64,000 bases of DNA, taken from IMG/VR virus record IMGVR_UViG_3300021399_000098, one strand, 5' to 3'. Below are positions 19,701 to 29,306 of the stretch, piece by piece. The translations under genes were made by a program, and so were the position numbers. The notes under the pieces are model-generated. The model was not told the origin of the DNA, ran no database searches, and saw only the letters and a list, made by a program, of their open reading frames with translations. Position 1 is the stretch's first letter. Each line of letters begins with the position of its first letter. Source of the DNA: a virus (lineage: Duplodnaviria; Caudoviricetes).

Positions 19701-21788
19701 TTCAGATGGCACTTCCTCAACATTCTCAAAGCCATTTCTTAAGCAAAAATAGAACTGGTTTATACCATCACTAGTGTAGGAATCGAACATATTCTCATCG
19801 TGCGTCACACACCAAGATACGTAATCACCGTATTCCTCTGCTTGTTCAAATGAATCAATCCTTACAATCTCATAATCAGAAGGGGTGTTAAACACCATTT
19901 GGCCAATTTCAGCCTTCTCAGCCTCAAGATTGTCACTCATTGCTTTTGAAAACCTTTGAACGAGTTCTTGACAAGACATTCCATTTAAGTTTCTATCATA
20001 CTCATTGATATGAGCATCTGAAGCAACAAGTTTCAACGTTGAATTAAGGTTGCCAATATCATTGGCAGTCCTTAGTTCACCGTCACAGAACATCCTTGTC
20101 ACGCCAAGGATGAACTTACCTCCTTGTGGCGTTCTTAACATTGGTATATCATTTCTGAGCTTAATCCTTATAAATTCATCAGCTTCTTGCTCATTATAGT
20201 TAAGCCTTTGCATCACAAGCTTTTTTGCTGCTGCAATAGACTTTGATTCTTGTGACTCTATAATTAAATGAGAATTATTCATGTTTTTATTTTCATATTG
20301 CACGTTTCCCATTGGTTTTATTCCATCCTCATAATATCTCCTTATATCTGCAACAACAGCTTGAGGTTTAGCATCTGAGTATGAAACTGAATGCAAGGTA
20401 TTTCCTTTGTCATCGGTAAAATCTATGTCAACGTCAACAGCCTTTCTCACAAAATCCTTTATTGCGTAGAATTGTTCATTTGTAGGCTCTTTCGTCATAT
20501 CGAGTATTCCGCTATTGACATCGCATCTAATTGCTCCATGATTCATAAAATCAACAACGTAGTTATAACGGTACTCGTCATCCCATATTTTTATCCCATT
20601 CTGTTTATAGACAGCTGCTATTTGTCTATGGTCTGTTTCTCTATATCCATCACTTCCAAAATTCAACAATTTCCCATCTGGAAGAATATATCCAGCTTGG
20701 TTTAATCTGCTAGTTAAGCCAAACTCTTCGATGGCTAAAGAAATAATATCATAAATTTCTTTTGGTTGTTCTAAATCCTTTTCGCTTTCTTCTTTGTTAT
20801 TTTCGTTAGTCCAAAGTTTAGTAATTTTATGAAGTCTATCACTTAATGCTGTATATATCTTAATATCTTTTGGGTCTACACTTATTTCTGGGTGTGTCTT
20901 TTTCATCCAAGAGCTTATATACCAACCATCAGTACCATATTTTTCTTTTCCTTGCTTCAAAAAATATTGTAGGTCGTAATTTACCTTATTAAACAAATCG
21001 TCATATTTATTTTCTACAATTTGTTTTTTAGAGTTTTTTGATTCATAATATTCATTTCCTTGCGGTATTATACCTTCTGAATAAAATCTAGCAGATTCAT
21101 TGATGTGATAACCGTTACCGCCTACTGGTGGATTATCACTTTCAGCGCCAATTTCATATTCATCAACCTCTGGTGCTGCTTCGTTCACACTTTCATTAAT
21201 GTTTTCCCCAAGTATGTTCTTCATAATCATTGGGAAATACTTCTCCCACTTACGAAACAGCAAATTAGGGAACATTGTTTCATTGTCTTGCACCTCATCC
21301 ATGAAATAATCGAACAAATTTCCAACTCTTTCTAAAGGGTAGCTTTCACCTTCCTTCACATACCTTTCATAATTTCTTTTAATTGCACCGCTTGACATTC
21401 CACAAATCTTTTCTATCTTAAGGTTGTATGCAGAAATATCTAACTCGTCATCCTTTGAAACAGCTTCGGAGTTGTTCATCATGTTGAACTTCTCTTCAAA
21501 CTCATTACTTGGAACTTCTATTGAAAACAATGCCCCTCTGTTGAAATTGTCTCCTTCTTTCAACGAAAACCAATTCATACCATAAGTCTCACCATTTTGT
21601 CTTCCACGCTTTGCAGACATTATACCACTTTCCATGATTATTAGCAAAGCATCAACAGTAGTTCCATGATACAATTTGACAGAAACGTCATTATGGCTGA
21701 CACCATCAGTGCCAACCATAACTTCGTTTAATCTATTTTTAATCATTATTAAACTGTCTTCACTAAATCTAACAGTCTTACTCATCAA
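16785..21788 (-). CDS. 1667-aa polyvalent protein: ART-like + unknown domains + WG repeats + pol-beta nucleotidyltransferase + second ART-like domain
   Basis: LYHGT (N-term), GYILPDG..DHRQI, SWCVT..QFYF, about 7 FxEGFAxVxLNxKWNFI repeats, LTGS..SDIDLH, VFHGT..GIYFT. Confidence 0.75.
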   Translation of the reverse strand: MMSKTVRFSEDSLIMIKNRLNEVMVGTDGVSHNDVSVKLYHGTTVDALLIIMESGIMSAKRGRQNGETYGMNWFSLKEGDNFNRGALFSIEVPSNEFEEKFNMMNNSEAVSKDDELDISAYNLKIEKICGMSSGAIKRNYERYVKEGESYPLERVGNLFDYFMDEVQDNETMFPNLLFRKWEKYFPMIMKNILGENINESVNEAAPEVDEYEIGAESDNPPVGGNGYHINESARFYSEGIIPQGNEYYESKNSKKQIVENKYDDLFNKVNYDLQYFLKQGKEKYGTDGWYISSWMKKTHPEISVDPKDIKIYTALSDRLHKITKLWTNENNKEESEKDLEQPKEIYDIISLAIEEFGLTSRLNQAGYILPDGKLLNFGSDGYRETDHRQIAAVYKQNGIKIWDDEYRYNYVVDFMNHGAIRCDVNSGILDMTKEPTNEQFYAIKDFVRKAVDVDIDFTDDKGNTLHSVSYSDAKPQAVVADIRRYYEDGIKPMGNVQYENKNMNNSHLIIESQESKSIAAAKKLVMQRLNYNEQEADEFIRIKLRNDIPMLRTPQGGKFILGVTRMFCDGELRTANDIGNLNSTLKLVASDAHINEYDRNLNGMSCQELVQRFSKAMSDNLEAEKAEIGQMVFNTPSDYEIVRIDSFEQAEEYGDYVSWCVTHDENMFDSYTSDGINQFYFCLRNGFENVEEVPSEGCPLDEYGLSMIAVSVNENGMLNTCTCRWNHDNGGDDSIMNAKEVSQVIGMNFFDVFKPNNKWKDLLTNAIQRLGNGEDPRTIFDSVDYFREGFARVNLNDKYNFINQEGRFLSDQWFDYVGDFYGGFAMVKLNNKHNYITQECKFLSNQWFDYGDEFREGFARVQLNGKWNFINQECKFLSNQWFEFDDVYNFNEGFAAVELNDKWNFINQKGKLLSGQWFDDAGNFYGGFAMVKLNNKYNYITQECKFLSDQWFDYADYFFSEGFGRVKLNGKWNYINQEGRFLSDQWFDYVGDFKEGFGRVKLNGNVYKLDTSGNLSLSESKNKNKKILIHENQLESIKENFDFEVDSSEIDLSSFKKKHELVPNIWKPDGKLDSRIRLKLLDIADDFWKYVNLTWVEPSGIILTGSICNFNWSQYSDIDLHLIVDFDEIDEKTEFVRDYLDAKKNEWNNEHKGLQIMGYQVELYVQNVGEMPESNGIYDLEENDWIKEPNPDDIKPIRLNKFPIKDKAAKIMTIIDDMYDALAATDDSYEIEQIGDDADYLWKKVKEMRKSSLEKHGESGSGNIVYKILRRTGYLDRLWKISNVVYDKTNSITESVTEGARYDIFRNNQMARYKVIGEMAEDGYVFHGTGEDGNGTEWDTVDPTRIKGGSRGTYGYGIYFTAHAYKCEKYTTYTDGHYIIANINGFDIINLRDKINKDNNIFLDKQKEYYLLQNELDNAKNNRDYNRISSMIEEYDNTVDKDLLNAIIQVISESDENDLTYFYLNNHIPLLWYSDGDPDKQLSKLYLSLGIDGFEFDTEYVLFNFELLNHAIVKDKEALIAKYMQKNIEWFKEKNIHVDESVKKYITVLKEEFALDGSSNSNPYKKRWETERKVLKDFICNNGVLMQSREDNKQGKLYKCFTDTWLSNLIGYNYCLCVQWDEIKMKPKSVVYIRALDKFTPNIRRNMQFDNRGFDNVRGTYDDVRNY
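18770..19445 (-). repeat. About 7 tandem 102-108 bp WG (KWG-like) repeats
   Basis: AAACCATTGG recurs near 18828, 18933, 19036, 19143, 19246 and 19348. Confidence 0.85.
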
Positions 21789-21808
21789 TAAAATTTAAAA
21801 CACAAACA

Positions 21809-22129
21809 TTAGTTTTCACAATCATATGCCCACTGGTATGTACCTTTACCGCCACACTTACAAATCTGCTGTCTAAGGTCAGTATAGTTTGCACCGTTCT
21901 CACCAACAAACTGAGGAACTTCCTTGTACTTGTTAGCATTTTCAGTTGGAAGAGCTTCTTGGTATCCAGTGATGTTCCAATCATTAGATGAGAATGTCTT
22001 CATGCCATTGTCACTGTAGCCATCCTTATCCAATGCAGTCTTATATGAGTCTACGTCTGTATAAAGCAATTGGTTATCCATATCATAACCATAACCTTCA
22101 TACATGTAATCTAATATGTTAGTAACCAT
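21809..22129 (-). CDS. Hypothetical late protein
   Basis: TATTTATA at 22163-22170; leads the polyprotein operon. Confidence 0.6.
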   Translation of the reverse strand: MVTNILDYMYEGYGYDMDNQLLYTDVDSYKTALDKDGYSDNGMKTFSSNDWNITGYQEALPTENANKYKEVPQFVGENGANYTDLRQQICKCGGKGTYQWAYDCEN

Positions 22130-22207
22130 AATTTAAAAATATTTTATTTTGTTATTTTTTTCTATAAATATTACCCAATAAAAAAAGGTACTACAAACGT
22201 AGCACCT

Positions 22208-22765
22208 TTATTTGTTAAAAACAGCGAAAAATCCATTTGAATTTCCTTCTTCGTCTTTTTTGCTTGCCAATTCTATAATGTCTGACATCGGAACTTTCAT
22301 AGTTAAGTCGTTATGACCCCAATAACTTCTAGTGTATGGTACAAAAAAATCTTTTGGCCTATACGTAATTGGTTTTTTATCTCCTAGCTTCTCTTCGGCA
22401 TATTTCCTAAGAATATCTCTCTTGATATAAACAATTTGTGTAAACGTCTTGAACGCAAGATATTCTTCTTTACCGTAAAGCCATCCAGGAAGACCAGGAT
22501 TGTTACGAAACTCAAGCCATTGGAAAGTATCATCATACTCACCTTCATCGTTTTTACGGATACCTTTCACATCCATTCCGATGCGTCCTTTTTTTGGTGA
22601 ATCCCACCAGAAATCCACGTGTAACGATTTATCTTCCCACTCAGTAGATTTCTCTACCTCTCCACCAAAAGTGTCCTTTGTAATCTGCATTACTTCGTAT
22701 TCGACCTTTCCATATAGTTTCCTATATTCCTCTTGTCTTTGTTTTATATATCTTGATACAGCCAT
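22208..22765 (-). CDS. Putative PD-(D/E)XK nuclease-family protein
   Basis: VDF..DVKG..WLE pattern. Confidence 0.45.
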   Translation of the reverse strand: MAVSRYIKQRQEEYRKLYGKVEYEVMQITKDTFGGEVEKSTEWEDKSLHVDFWWDSPKKGRIGMDVKGIRKNDEGEYDDTFQWLEFRNNPGLPGWLYGKEEYLAFKTFTQIVYIKRDILRKYAEEKLGDKKPITYRPKDFFVPYTRSYWGHNDLTMKVPMSDIIELASKKDEEGNSNGFFAVFNK

Positions 22766-23982
22766 TATCCTACATTTAATGGATACTTAATCGGTGGGTC
22801 TGGATTATATCCAATAATTTCAAAATCATCATATTTGAAATCTTCAATTTTCTCCACCTTTCGGTTTATTTTTAAAATTGGTAACTCATTACCTTTTCTT
22901 CCAAGTTGTTCTCTAACTCCGTCAAAATGATTGCTGTAAATGTGGCAATCGCCAAGAGAACCAATCAACATATCTGGTTCCATGTTAACCAAACTAGCTA
23001 TCATGTGAGTTAAAAATGCATAGCTTGCAATATTAAAAGGAAGTCCACATGCACAATCTACACTGCGCTGAACCCACATACAGCTTAATCCATATACAGG
23101 TATTCCTTCCTTATCCAACTCCTTCTTAAGTTCTTTTTTACGTTCCTTCCTTGTCCAAGGGCTGACAGCCTCACCATAGGTTTCAACATACTCATTTGTT
23201 CCATGTTCATTAAGAGGCTCATCTAAGTGTCTTTTCCTATAAGACTCCCATCTTTCATTATCTGTAAGACCTCTAGTGTAAAACTGGAACATCACATGAC
23301 AAGGCGGTAAAGCCATATCCCCAATTTGGTCTGGGTTATAAGCAACGCACAACATTCTTCTGTCGTTTGGATTTGTTCTAAGAGTATCTATGATGTTTTG
23401 TATTTGGTCAGTATAACCATTGCCACCAAAACACCTCCATTGTTTTCCATAAACTGGACCTAAGTCACCAAATCTATACCTAGACATGAAAGAACCCCAA
23501 ATTTCAACCCTCTGCAACGTAAGGTCTATGAATTCTTCCTTGGTAATGTTTTGAAGCCATTCAGCATCATCTTTCCTTAGTTCATTTTCAATCCAATACT
23601 CAAACTCACCCTTGTGCAGCACTGACGTTTCGTCATCGTTAACACAAACCATATATTGTTTTGGCTTAAACTCTTTTGAAATTGTGTTTTTAAACCAACG
23701 GTAAGCGTCATCATCCCAAATATGTACACCATTTCTGATAAGGTATTCAATGTTCATGCTATTGTGGGAATTATATGACCTCTGTAAAAACCACAACAGT
23801 TCGTGCAATATGCCCTTTGTGAATACCTTTTTTGTGGTCAACAATGGAAAACCTTCTTTAAGGTCAAACCTCAACTGTGCACCAAATACAGACTTAACAT
23901 GGCCAGCTCTAGTATCTTTTTCATAACCATACATCATGATATTGTTCAATAAATGAAGATATACGGAATCAACTTTGTTCAT
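22765..23982 (-). CDS. thyA: Thymidylate synthase
   Basis: GFPLLTTKK, LGPVYGKQWR, DRR, ALPPCH, QRSVD, GLPFNIASY, GDCHIY. Confidence 0.95.
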   Translation of the reverse strand: MNKVDSVYLHLLNNIMMYGYEKDTRAGHVKSVFGAQLRFDLKEGFPLLTTKKVFTKGILHELLWFLQRSYNSHNSMNIEYLIRNGVHIWDDDAYRWFKNTISKEFKPKQYMVCVNDDETSVLHKGEFEYWIENELRKDDAEWLQNITKEEFIDLTLQRVEIWGSFMSRYRFGDLGPVYGKQWRCFGGNGYTDQIQNIIDTLRTNPNDRRMLCVAYNPDQIGDMALPPCHVMFQFYTRGLTDNERWESYRKRHLDEPLNEHGTNEYVETYGEAVSPWTRKERKKELKKELDKEGIPVYGLSCMWVQRSVDCACGLPFNIASYAFLTHMIASLVNMEPDMLIGSLGDCHIYSNHFDGVREQLGRKGNELPILKINRKVEKIEDFKYDDFEIIGYNPDPPIKYPLNVG

Positions 23983-24445
23983 TTTTCAAGCTATCAATGT
24001 ATTGCATTATTATTGGAGAATTGCCAATAAACTCGCCAAAATGAGACAATTTATGTTTATAGCAATTTTCAGATTCATCATCGTCTATTTCCTTTACCCA
24101 CTTGGCAAAATCCTTATCCAAAGCTTGTATGTACTTTGGCTTTACTCTTTTCCTGACTTGATTTTCAATGAATTCACCCCTTCTTTCTTCCGAAGGATAG
24201 AACACGTCATAATCTACAGCTTTGGCATTGAAAGCCTCTCTAATCTTTTCTGAGGAGTCAATGAAAACAATGTCATTTTCATCAACAACAGACAAAACCT
24301 TATTGACATAACCATCTAATGCGTCATCTGTGACCTCATCCATTGGGATTTCTTCAACTGCATCAAATATCTTAACCTTATCACCATAAGAGTTTTTTAG
24401 ATATTCTCTACCACAACCAATAAAACTACTAATTATTATTCCCAT
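23969..24445 (-). CDS. P-loop kinase-like protein (degenerate Walker A)
   Basis: N-terminal IIISSFIGCGRE. Confidence 0.4.
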   Translation of the reverse strand: MGIIISSFIGCGREYLKNSYGDKVKIFDAVEEIPMDEVTDDALDGYVNKVLSVVDENDIVFIDSSEKIREAFNAKAVDYDVFYPSEERRGEFIENQVRKRVKPKYIQALDKDFAKWVKEIDDDESENCYKHKLSHFGEFIGNSPIIMQYIDSLKNEQS

Positions 24446-24648
24446 ACGTTATAGTCAAATTCTTTAGGTTTATTTTCTTCACTTTTATTGTCTTTTATAC
24501 CAAAATTGACAACTTCGCAATTCTCTTTTGTACAACCATCACTATATCCCCAAGTTATTTCTAACTCGTTATAGTAATTATCGCCAATATTAACAACAGC
24601 ATCTTGATTAAACTGTTTTAACTGCTCTATCAATGCTCCAAGTTTCAT
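24436..24648 (-). CDS. Hypothetical protein
   Basis: MKLGALIEQLKQFNQDAVV start typical of phage ORFs; overlapping operon. Confidence 0.55.
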   Translation of the reverse strand: MKLGALIEQLKQFNQDAVVNIGDNYYNELEITWGYSDGCTKENCEVVNFGIKDNKSEENKPKEFDYNVWE

Positions 24649-24919
24649 TTTTTTCTATACGTTCTTTTAACCTGTTTAATTTATATTCCTTTTCTTTTTC
24701 AAAAGCTTCATATCCAAATAACGTTGCCATCTGTTCAACCATTATTGAAACGTCTGCAAGTTCTGTTATCACGTCTTTCTCTTCAACGCGCATACGGTCA
24801 AACTTTCCAATTGCTGAAAACAATTCACCAACCTCTTCCATCAGCATTTTCTGTTGGGCTAGAACTCCCCATTTAGAAAGGGCTTTCTGATAAAGTTCTA
24901 TCCTTTTCTCTTTCTCCAT
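24608..24919 (-). CDS. MazG-like NTP pyrophosphohydrolase
   Basis: EEVGEL...ELADV motif; start moved to MEKEK. Confidence 0.75.
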   Translation of the reverse strand: MEKEKRIELYQKALSKWGVLAQQKMLMEEVGELFSAIGKFDRMRVEEKDVITELADVSIMVEQMATLFGYEAFEKEKEYKLNRLKERIEKNETWSIDRAVKTV

Positions 24920-25394
24920 CTTCAATGAAATTTTTACCTTCAGTGTATAACTGCTTTCCAACAGCCTCCAATGCGGAGCAAATCGTGTTAAATGCAGCCT
25001 CTGTTATTTTTACATCCTTTTCACAAATCACTTTATCCTTATTGTCTTTCATTGTGAATTTGCCATCATCGTAATATACGAATATACCATCTTCCATTCG
25101 GAATGTCAATTCACCATCTAGAGTTGCAAGGTCAGCGTTTTCTAGCTTCTCATACTCATATCCTTTCGGCTTAATGAATTCATTAAGTGCCTTTCCTTGA
25201 GACGATGCATCGCGGAAAAGCAAATAATCGCGCACATCCACGTTTTTATACTCATACTGAGTACCATTATTAAATACAACCTTAAGTGTTTTTAGTGCAT
25301 TATCGTGGTCAACACACTCAGAATACTTAATGTTGGATGACTGATACCAAGTCCTATCAACATCATTTGAATACAAATTAAAAATTTTACTCAT
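24873..25394 (-). CDS. KTSC-domain protein
   Basis: SSNI..LKVVFNNGTQYEY..V..Y..F..ASSQGK pattern. Confidence 0.7.
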   Translation of the reverse strand: MSKIFNLYSNDVDRTWYQSSNIKYSECVDHDNALKTLKVVFNNGTQYEYKNVDVRDYLLFRDASSQGKALNEFIKPKGYEYEKLENADLATLDGELTFRMEDGIFVYYDDGKFTMKDNKDKVICEKDVKITEAAFNTICSALEAVGKQLYTEGKNFIEDGEREKDRTLSESPF

Positions 25395-26496
25395 AACTTT
25401 GCCTGTCTATCGCTTTTACAATTGGAAACCTAAGTAAACCGTCAATTGTTATACCAAAATAACAAACTGTTGCCATTTTACCTATGTATTTTTCCTTATT
25501 TTCTAATATTTCTTTACATTTATCGTCTGGAAATGCCAACGTAGCGTTGCAAACAGCACCATTTTTAAGTTTAACTGTTACACTCTCAGCTATCGTTTGG
25601 TTTTTCCCTATGTTCACATCAAGAATTTCAAACTCTTCGTCAACAAATTCCTTGTATTTCAACAAATTATTGCTCCTTTTATGTTCGTATGGGTCATCTG
25701 TCCTAATTATAGCACCCTCATACCCATCTGAAACGAATTTCCTGAAATATTCATCCACTTCATCGGAGCTTCCTATTTTAAATGTAGGAACAATTACCAC
25801 ATTTTCAAGATTAAACAAGAATTGATTTATAATTGAATTTCTGTCTGTGAATGACATGTTTGGATTGTCATCTACCCAGAGGTCATAAACGTAATACTTG
25901 ACAGTTGACTCAATTTCTTGTCTGTCTTTATCTGTTATCTTCTGTTTCTTTACCAAAGAAACGATTTTGTTGAAATTGTCATGCAGTTCATGGTTGTACA
26001 ATTCCCCATCTAAGTGTATTAGCGGATGCGCCTTGAAAAATTCTTCCAACTCAACTTCAATGTGCTTGGTTGAATTGAATGGCTTGTTCCTGCGACTGAT
26101 GGCTTGTATCTTACCATCCTTCAATGACATATTACACCTTATACCATCTAGTTTCGGTTGTATATATTTCATATTGTCCGCATACAACTTATTATATATC
26201 TTAGCTAGCATTGGAGGTTGGAATTCAACGTCATTTACAGTTTCTATGTCAGTAACAAAATTCTCCATAGACTGTTTTTTCTTCCATATTGCAGTTGCTT
26301 CCAACACGGCTTGCTCATCATCAGATGTCTCATTTGAACGTCCCTTGTTCTTTCCAACGCAATACGTTTTTTCAGACTGTTGTATTGCTCCATTTACTTT
26401 TCCAAACTCAGTCCAATAACAGTTTTCTTCAATGAAAATTGTCCATTTGTTGATGGTTTGATTTACAGTTAATTTGTATAATGTTGGCAAATTCAT
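25387..26496 (-). CDS. ATP-dependent DNA ligase with WGR-like N-terminus
   Basis: QPKLDGIR, LDGELY, YVYD, EGAIIR, LLKYK, LRFP; start at MNLP after the promoter at ~26507-26516. Confidence 0.9.
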   Translation of the reverse strand: MNLPTLYKLTVNQTINKWTIFIEENCYWTEFGKVNGAIQQSEKTYCVGKNKGRSNETSDDEQAVLEATAIWKKKQSMENFVTDIETVNDVEFQPPMLAKIYNKLYADNMKYIQPKLDGIRCNMSLKDGKIQAISRRNKPFNSTKHIEVELEEFFKAHPLIHLDGELYNHELHDNFNKIVSLVKKQKITDKDRQEIESTVKYYVYDLWVDDNPNMSFTDRNSIINQFLFNLENVVIVPTFKIGSSDEVDEYFRKFVSDGYEGAIIRTDDPYEHKRSNNLLKYKEFVDEEFEILDVNIGKNQTIAESVTVKLKNGAVCNATLAFPDDKCKEILENKEKYIGKMATVCYFGITIDGLLRFPIVKAIDRQSYE

Positions 26497-26611
26497 TTTA
26501 TTTTTTGGCAAAGATATATAAAAAAATGTTAAAAACAAAATTTATTATGAACAATTTTACTTGATTTTTGCCTGACAATGATTATATTTTAAATGTAAAA
26601 TTGAAAAAATT

Positions 26612-29128
26612 ATGAGCAAATTTAAAGAAAGTGATTACACATTGGAGTTTAACGAAGTCATGGAATACATGACAGACACGCTTTTCAATGAGTTTCCAAC
26701 AGATGTTCTTACATTGGAATATTTGATTTTGGCAATATTGGACAACAGAAGCTGTCACGCAAACATGATTCTTGACAACTGCTTGATGTCGAACAACATA
26801 GAAGAACTTAGGAAAATATACGGTTCTGTGTTGGAAAAGCATGTAAAGCCGCAGCTCAAGACAAATAAGGTGATATTCAGTGAAGACTTGATTAAGGCTT
26901 TAGATTGTTCTAAAATCGAAGCAGATAAGTTATCAAATAAGCCAATAGGAACTGAACACATATTGTTGGCAATATTAAACAAAGAAAACAAGTTCAAAGA
27001 ATTTGAAATATTTGAGAAATTTCGCCTTGAGTATGATTTCATTTTTGGTAAATGTTCAATGTCCAAACAAACTGAAAACATTGAAACGAATGAAAAAGCG
27101 AGTCCAAAGCTAAAGGCCAAAAGAATAAGCAAAACAAAGCAAAATAACGAAATACCATTGAAAAGTCAAGTTAATACCAAAACAATATCTACCTCAGAAT
27201 CAAATAATTTCATCGGACAATACACAACAAGCCTAAACAAGCTTGCTAGAGAAGGTAAAATAGATGAAATTGTAGGTAGGAAACAAGAGATTGAAGAAAT
27301 TATCAAAGTCCTTGCTAGAAGAAAGAAAAACAATGCCGTTCTAGTTGGAGAGGGTGGATGTGGAAAAACTGCAATTGTATATGGAATCGCAAATATGATT
27401 GAAGAGAACAAAGTTCCTGAAGTATTGGAAGGAAAGGAAATAATAATGCTGAATCCTATGGCACTTGTCAGTGGAACTCACTTCAGGGGAATGTTTGAGG
27501 AAAGAATCAACGGACTTTTCAATGAAATTAAAAAGACTGACAAATATATTCTTTTCATAGATGACATTCACACGGTGCTAAAAAGTGGCAGCAAAGAAAA
27601 AGATGCAGATATTAGCGGAATGATTGGAGAGGCACTTTCTGAGGGTAGCATCAAAATTATAGGAACTACCACTTTCAAAGAATATAGGAATTCAATTGAA
27701 AGCAACTCTTCAATTTCTAGAAAGCTTCAAAAGATAGTGATTGAACCAGCTTCAATAGAAGAGGCAGTTAAGATTCTAACGAACAACAAGAGATATTATG
27801 AAGACTATCACAGTGTGGTCTATACTCAGAAATCGATTCTAAAGGCTGTTGAATTGGCTGACAGATACATTACGGATAGAACACTACCAGACTCAGCATT
27901 TGACATTATTGACCTTGCAGGTGCAAACACGTCATTAATTGACAGAGAACCAATGCAAGTTCAAAATATGAAAAAAAGACTTAGGGAAATAGAAATAGAA
28001 AAAGCAAATGCCCTAAACAATGGTGACTTTGAAAAAATAGATTCATTGGATGCTGAAAACAACGTTCTTTCTTCTGACCTTGTTGATTACAAGAGAAACA
28101 GTAGTAAAACTCCGTTTAAGACAATAACAATCACTGAAACAGAAATTTCAAATGTTGTATCTGAAATCACAAAGATACCTGTAAGCAAACTTTCATCAAG
28201 TGAAAAAAATAAAATCGCGCACATTGACGAAATATTAAAGAAAAGTATCGTAGGACAAGATGAAGCAATTGATAGCGTGTGTAGGGTTATTAAGCGCAAT
28301 AAGGTTGGACTTGGTGATAAGACAAAAACAATGGCAAATATCCTAATGGTAGGCCCAACTGGTAGTGGTAAAACCCTCATCGCAAAGAAACTTGCAGAAG
28401 AGATTTTTGGTGATGAAAAAGCACTTATCAGAATCGACATGTCTGAATATTCTGAAAAGAACTCTGTTTCAAAGCTAACAGGTGCGGCACCAGGATATAT
28501 TGGCTATGAGAATGGTGGACAACTCACAGAAGCCGTCAAGCACAAGCAGCATTGCGTTCTTCTACTCGATGAGATTGAAAAGGCTGACCAAGAGGTTTAT
28601 AACGTGTTCCTACAGTTGTTTGATGAAGGTAGGCTTACAGATAGTGCAGGACAGATTGTAAACTTCAAAAATGTAATTGTTCTTATGACATCAAACATTG
28701 GTGCTAGAAAGGCAGCAGAACTTGGAAATGGACTAGGTTTCGTAAGCAATGAGGAAACAAATAAGAAATCCATAATAGACAAGGAGTTGAAGAAGAAATT
28801 TACACCAGAGTTTATCAACAGAATAGACCAAATAGTATATTTTAATTCATTAACAGATGATAATTTAAAGAATATAGTTAAATTAGAAATTAATAAGTTT
28901 AATAATAGACTTAATAATATAGAATATAAAATAGAATATACTGACGATGTAGTAGAATATATACACGCTAAAGCAATTAAGAACAAGGAAATGGGAGCAA
29001 GACCAATTATCAGGCTTATCCAAACTGACATAGAAGACAAGATTACGGAACTTATGCTGGAAAACGAATATCATCCAAATTACGTATTCCATGCTTCATG
29101 CAGTAATAACGAAATTGTAATACAATAA
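26612..29128 (+). CDS. clpC: ClpC-type AAA+ unfoldase
   Basis: Clp-N repeats (GTEHILLA), GEGGCGKT, GPTGSGKT, RIDMSEY, LLDEIEKA, M-domain, LGF loop. Confidence 0.9.
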   Translation: MSKFKESDYTLEFNEVMEYMTDTLFNEFPTDVLTLEYLILAILDNRSCHANMILDNCLMSNNIEELRKIYGSVLEKHVKPQLKTNKVIFSEDLIKALDCSKIEADKLSNKPIGTEHILLAILNKENKFKEFEIFEKFRLEYDFIFGKCSMSKQTENIETNEKASPKLKAKRISKTKQNNEIPLKSQVNTKTISTSESNNFIGQYTTSLNKLAREGKIDEIVGRKQEIEEIIKVLARRKKNNAVLVGEGGCGKTAIVYGIANMIEENKVPEVLEGKEIIMLNPMALVSGTHFRGMFEERINGLFNEIKKTDKYILFIDDIHTVLKSGSKEKDADISGMIGEALSEGSIKIIGTTTFKEYRNSIESNSSISRKLQKIVIEPASIEEAVKILTNNKRYYEDYHSVVYTQKSILKAVELADRYITDRTLPDSAFDIIDLAGANTSLIDREPMQVQNMKKRLREIEIEKANALNNGDFEKIDSLDAENNVLSSDLVDYKRNSSKTPFKTITITETEISNVVSEITKIPVSKLSSSEKNKIAHIDEILKKSIVGQDEAIDSVCRVIKRNKVGLGDKTKTMANILMVGPTGSGKTLIAKKLAEEIFGDEKALIRIDMSEYSEKNSVSKLTGAAPGYIGYENGGQLTEAVKHKQHCVLLLDEIEKADQEVYNVFLQLFDEGRLTDSAGQIVNFKNVIVLMTSNIGARKAAELGNGLGFVSNEETNKKSIIDKELKKKFTPEFINRIDQIVYFNSLTDDNLKNIVKLEINKFNNRLNNIEYKIEYTDDVVEYIHAKAIKNKEMGARPIIRLIQTDIEDKITELMLENEYHPNYVFHASCSNNEIVIQ

Positions 29129-29306
29129 CTCTCATAATTTTCAATTTTCATAATTTTCAAATATTTTATAGTTAAACTGAAGGGGGAAGCGATTTATATA
29201 AACAATAACTTCCCCTAATTTTTTTTGGAAAATAAGCAAAAATATGTTAAAATCTTTTGTTAATTCAATTTTTTTTCATATATTTGCACTTGTAAATCTA
29301 TAAAAC

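Noticed and set aside
1030-23982. Inteins or introns in gp23, terminase or thyA
   Set aside because: ORFs are continuous and I saw no C/S...HN-C/S/T splice junctions or LAGLIDADG motifs.
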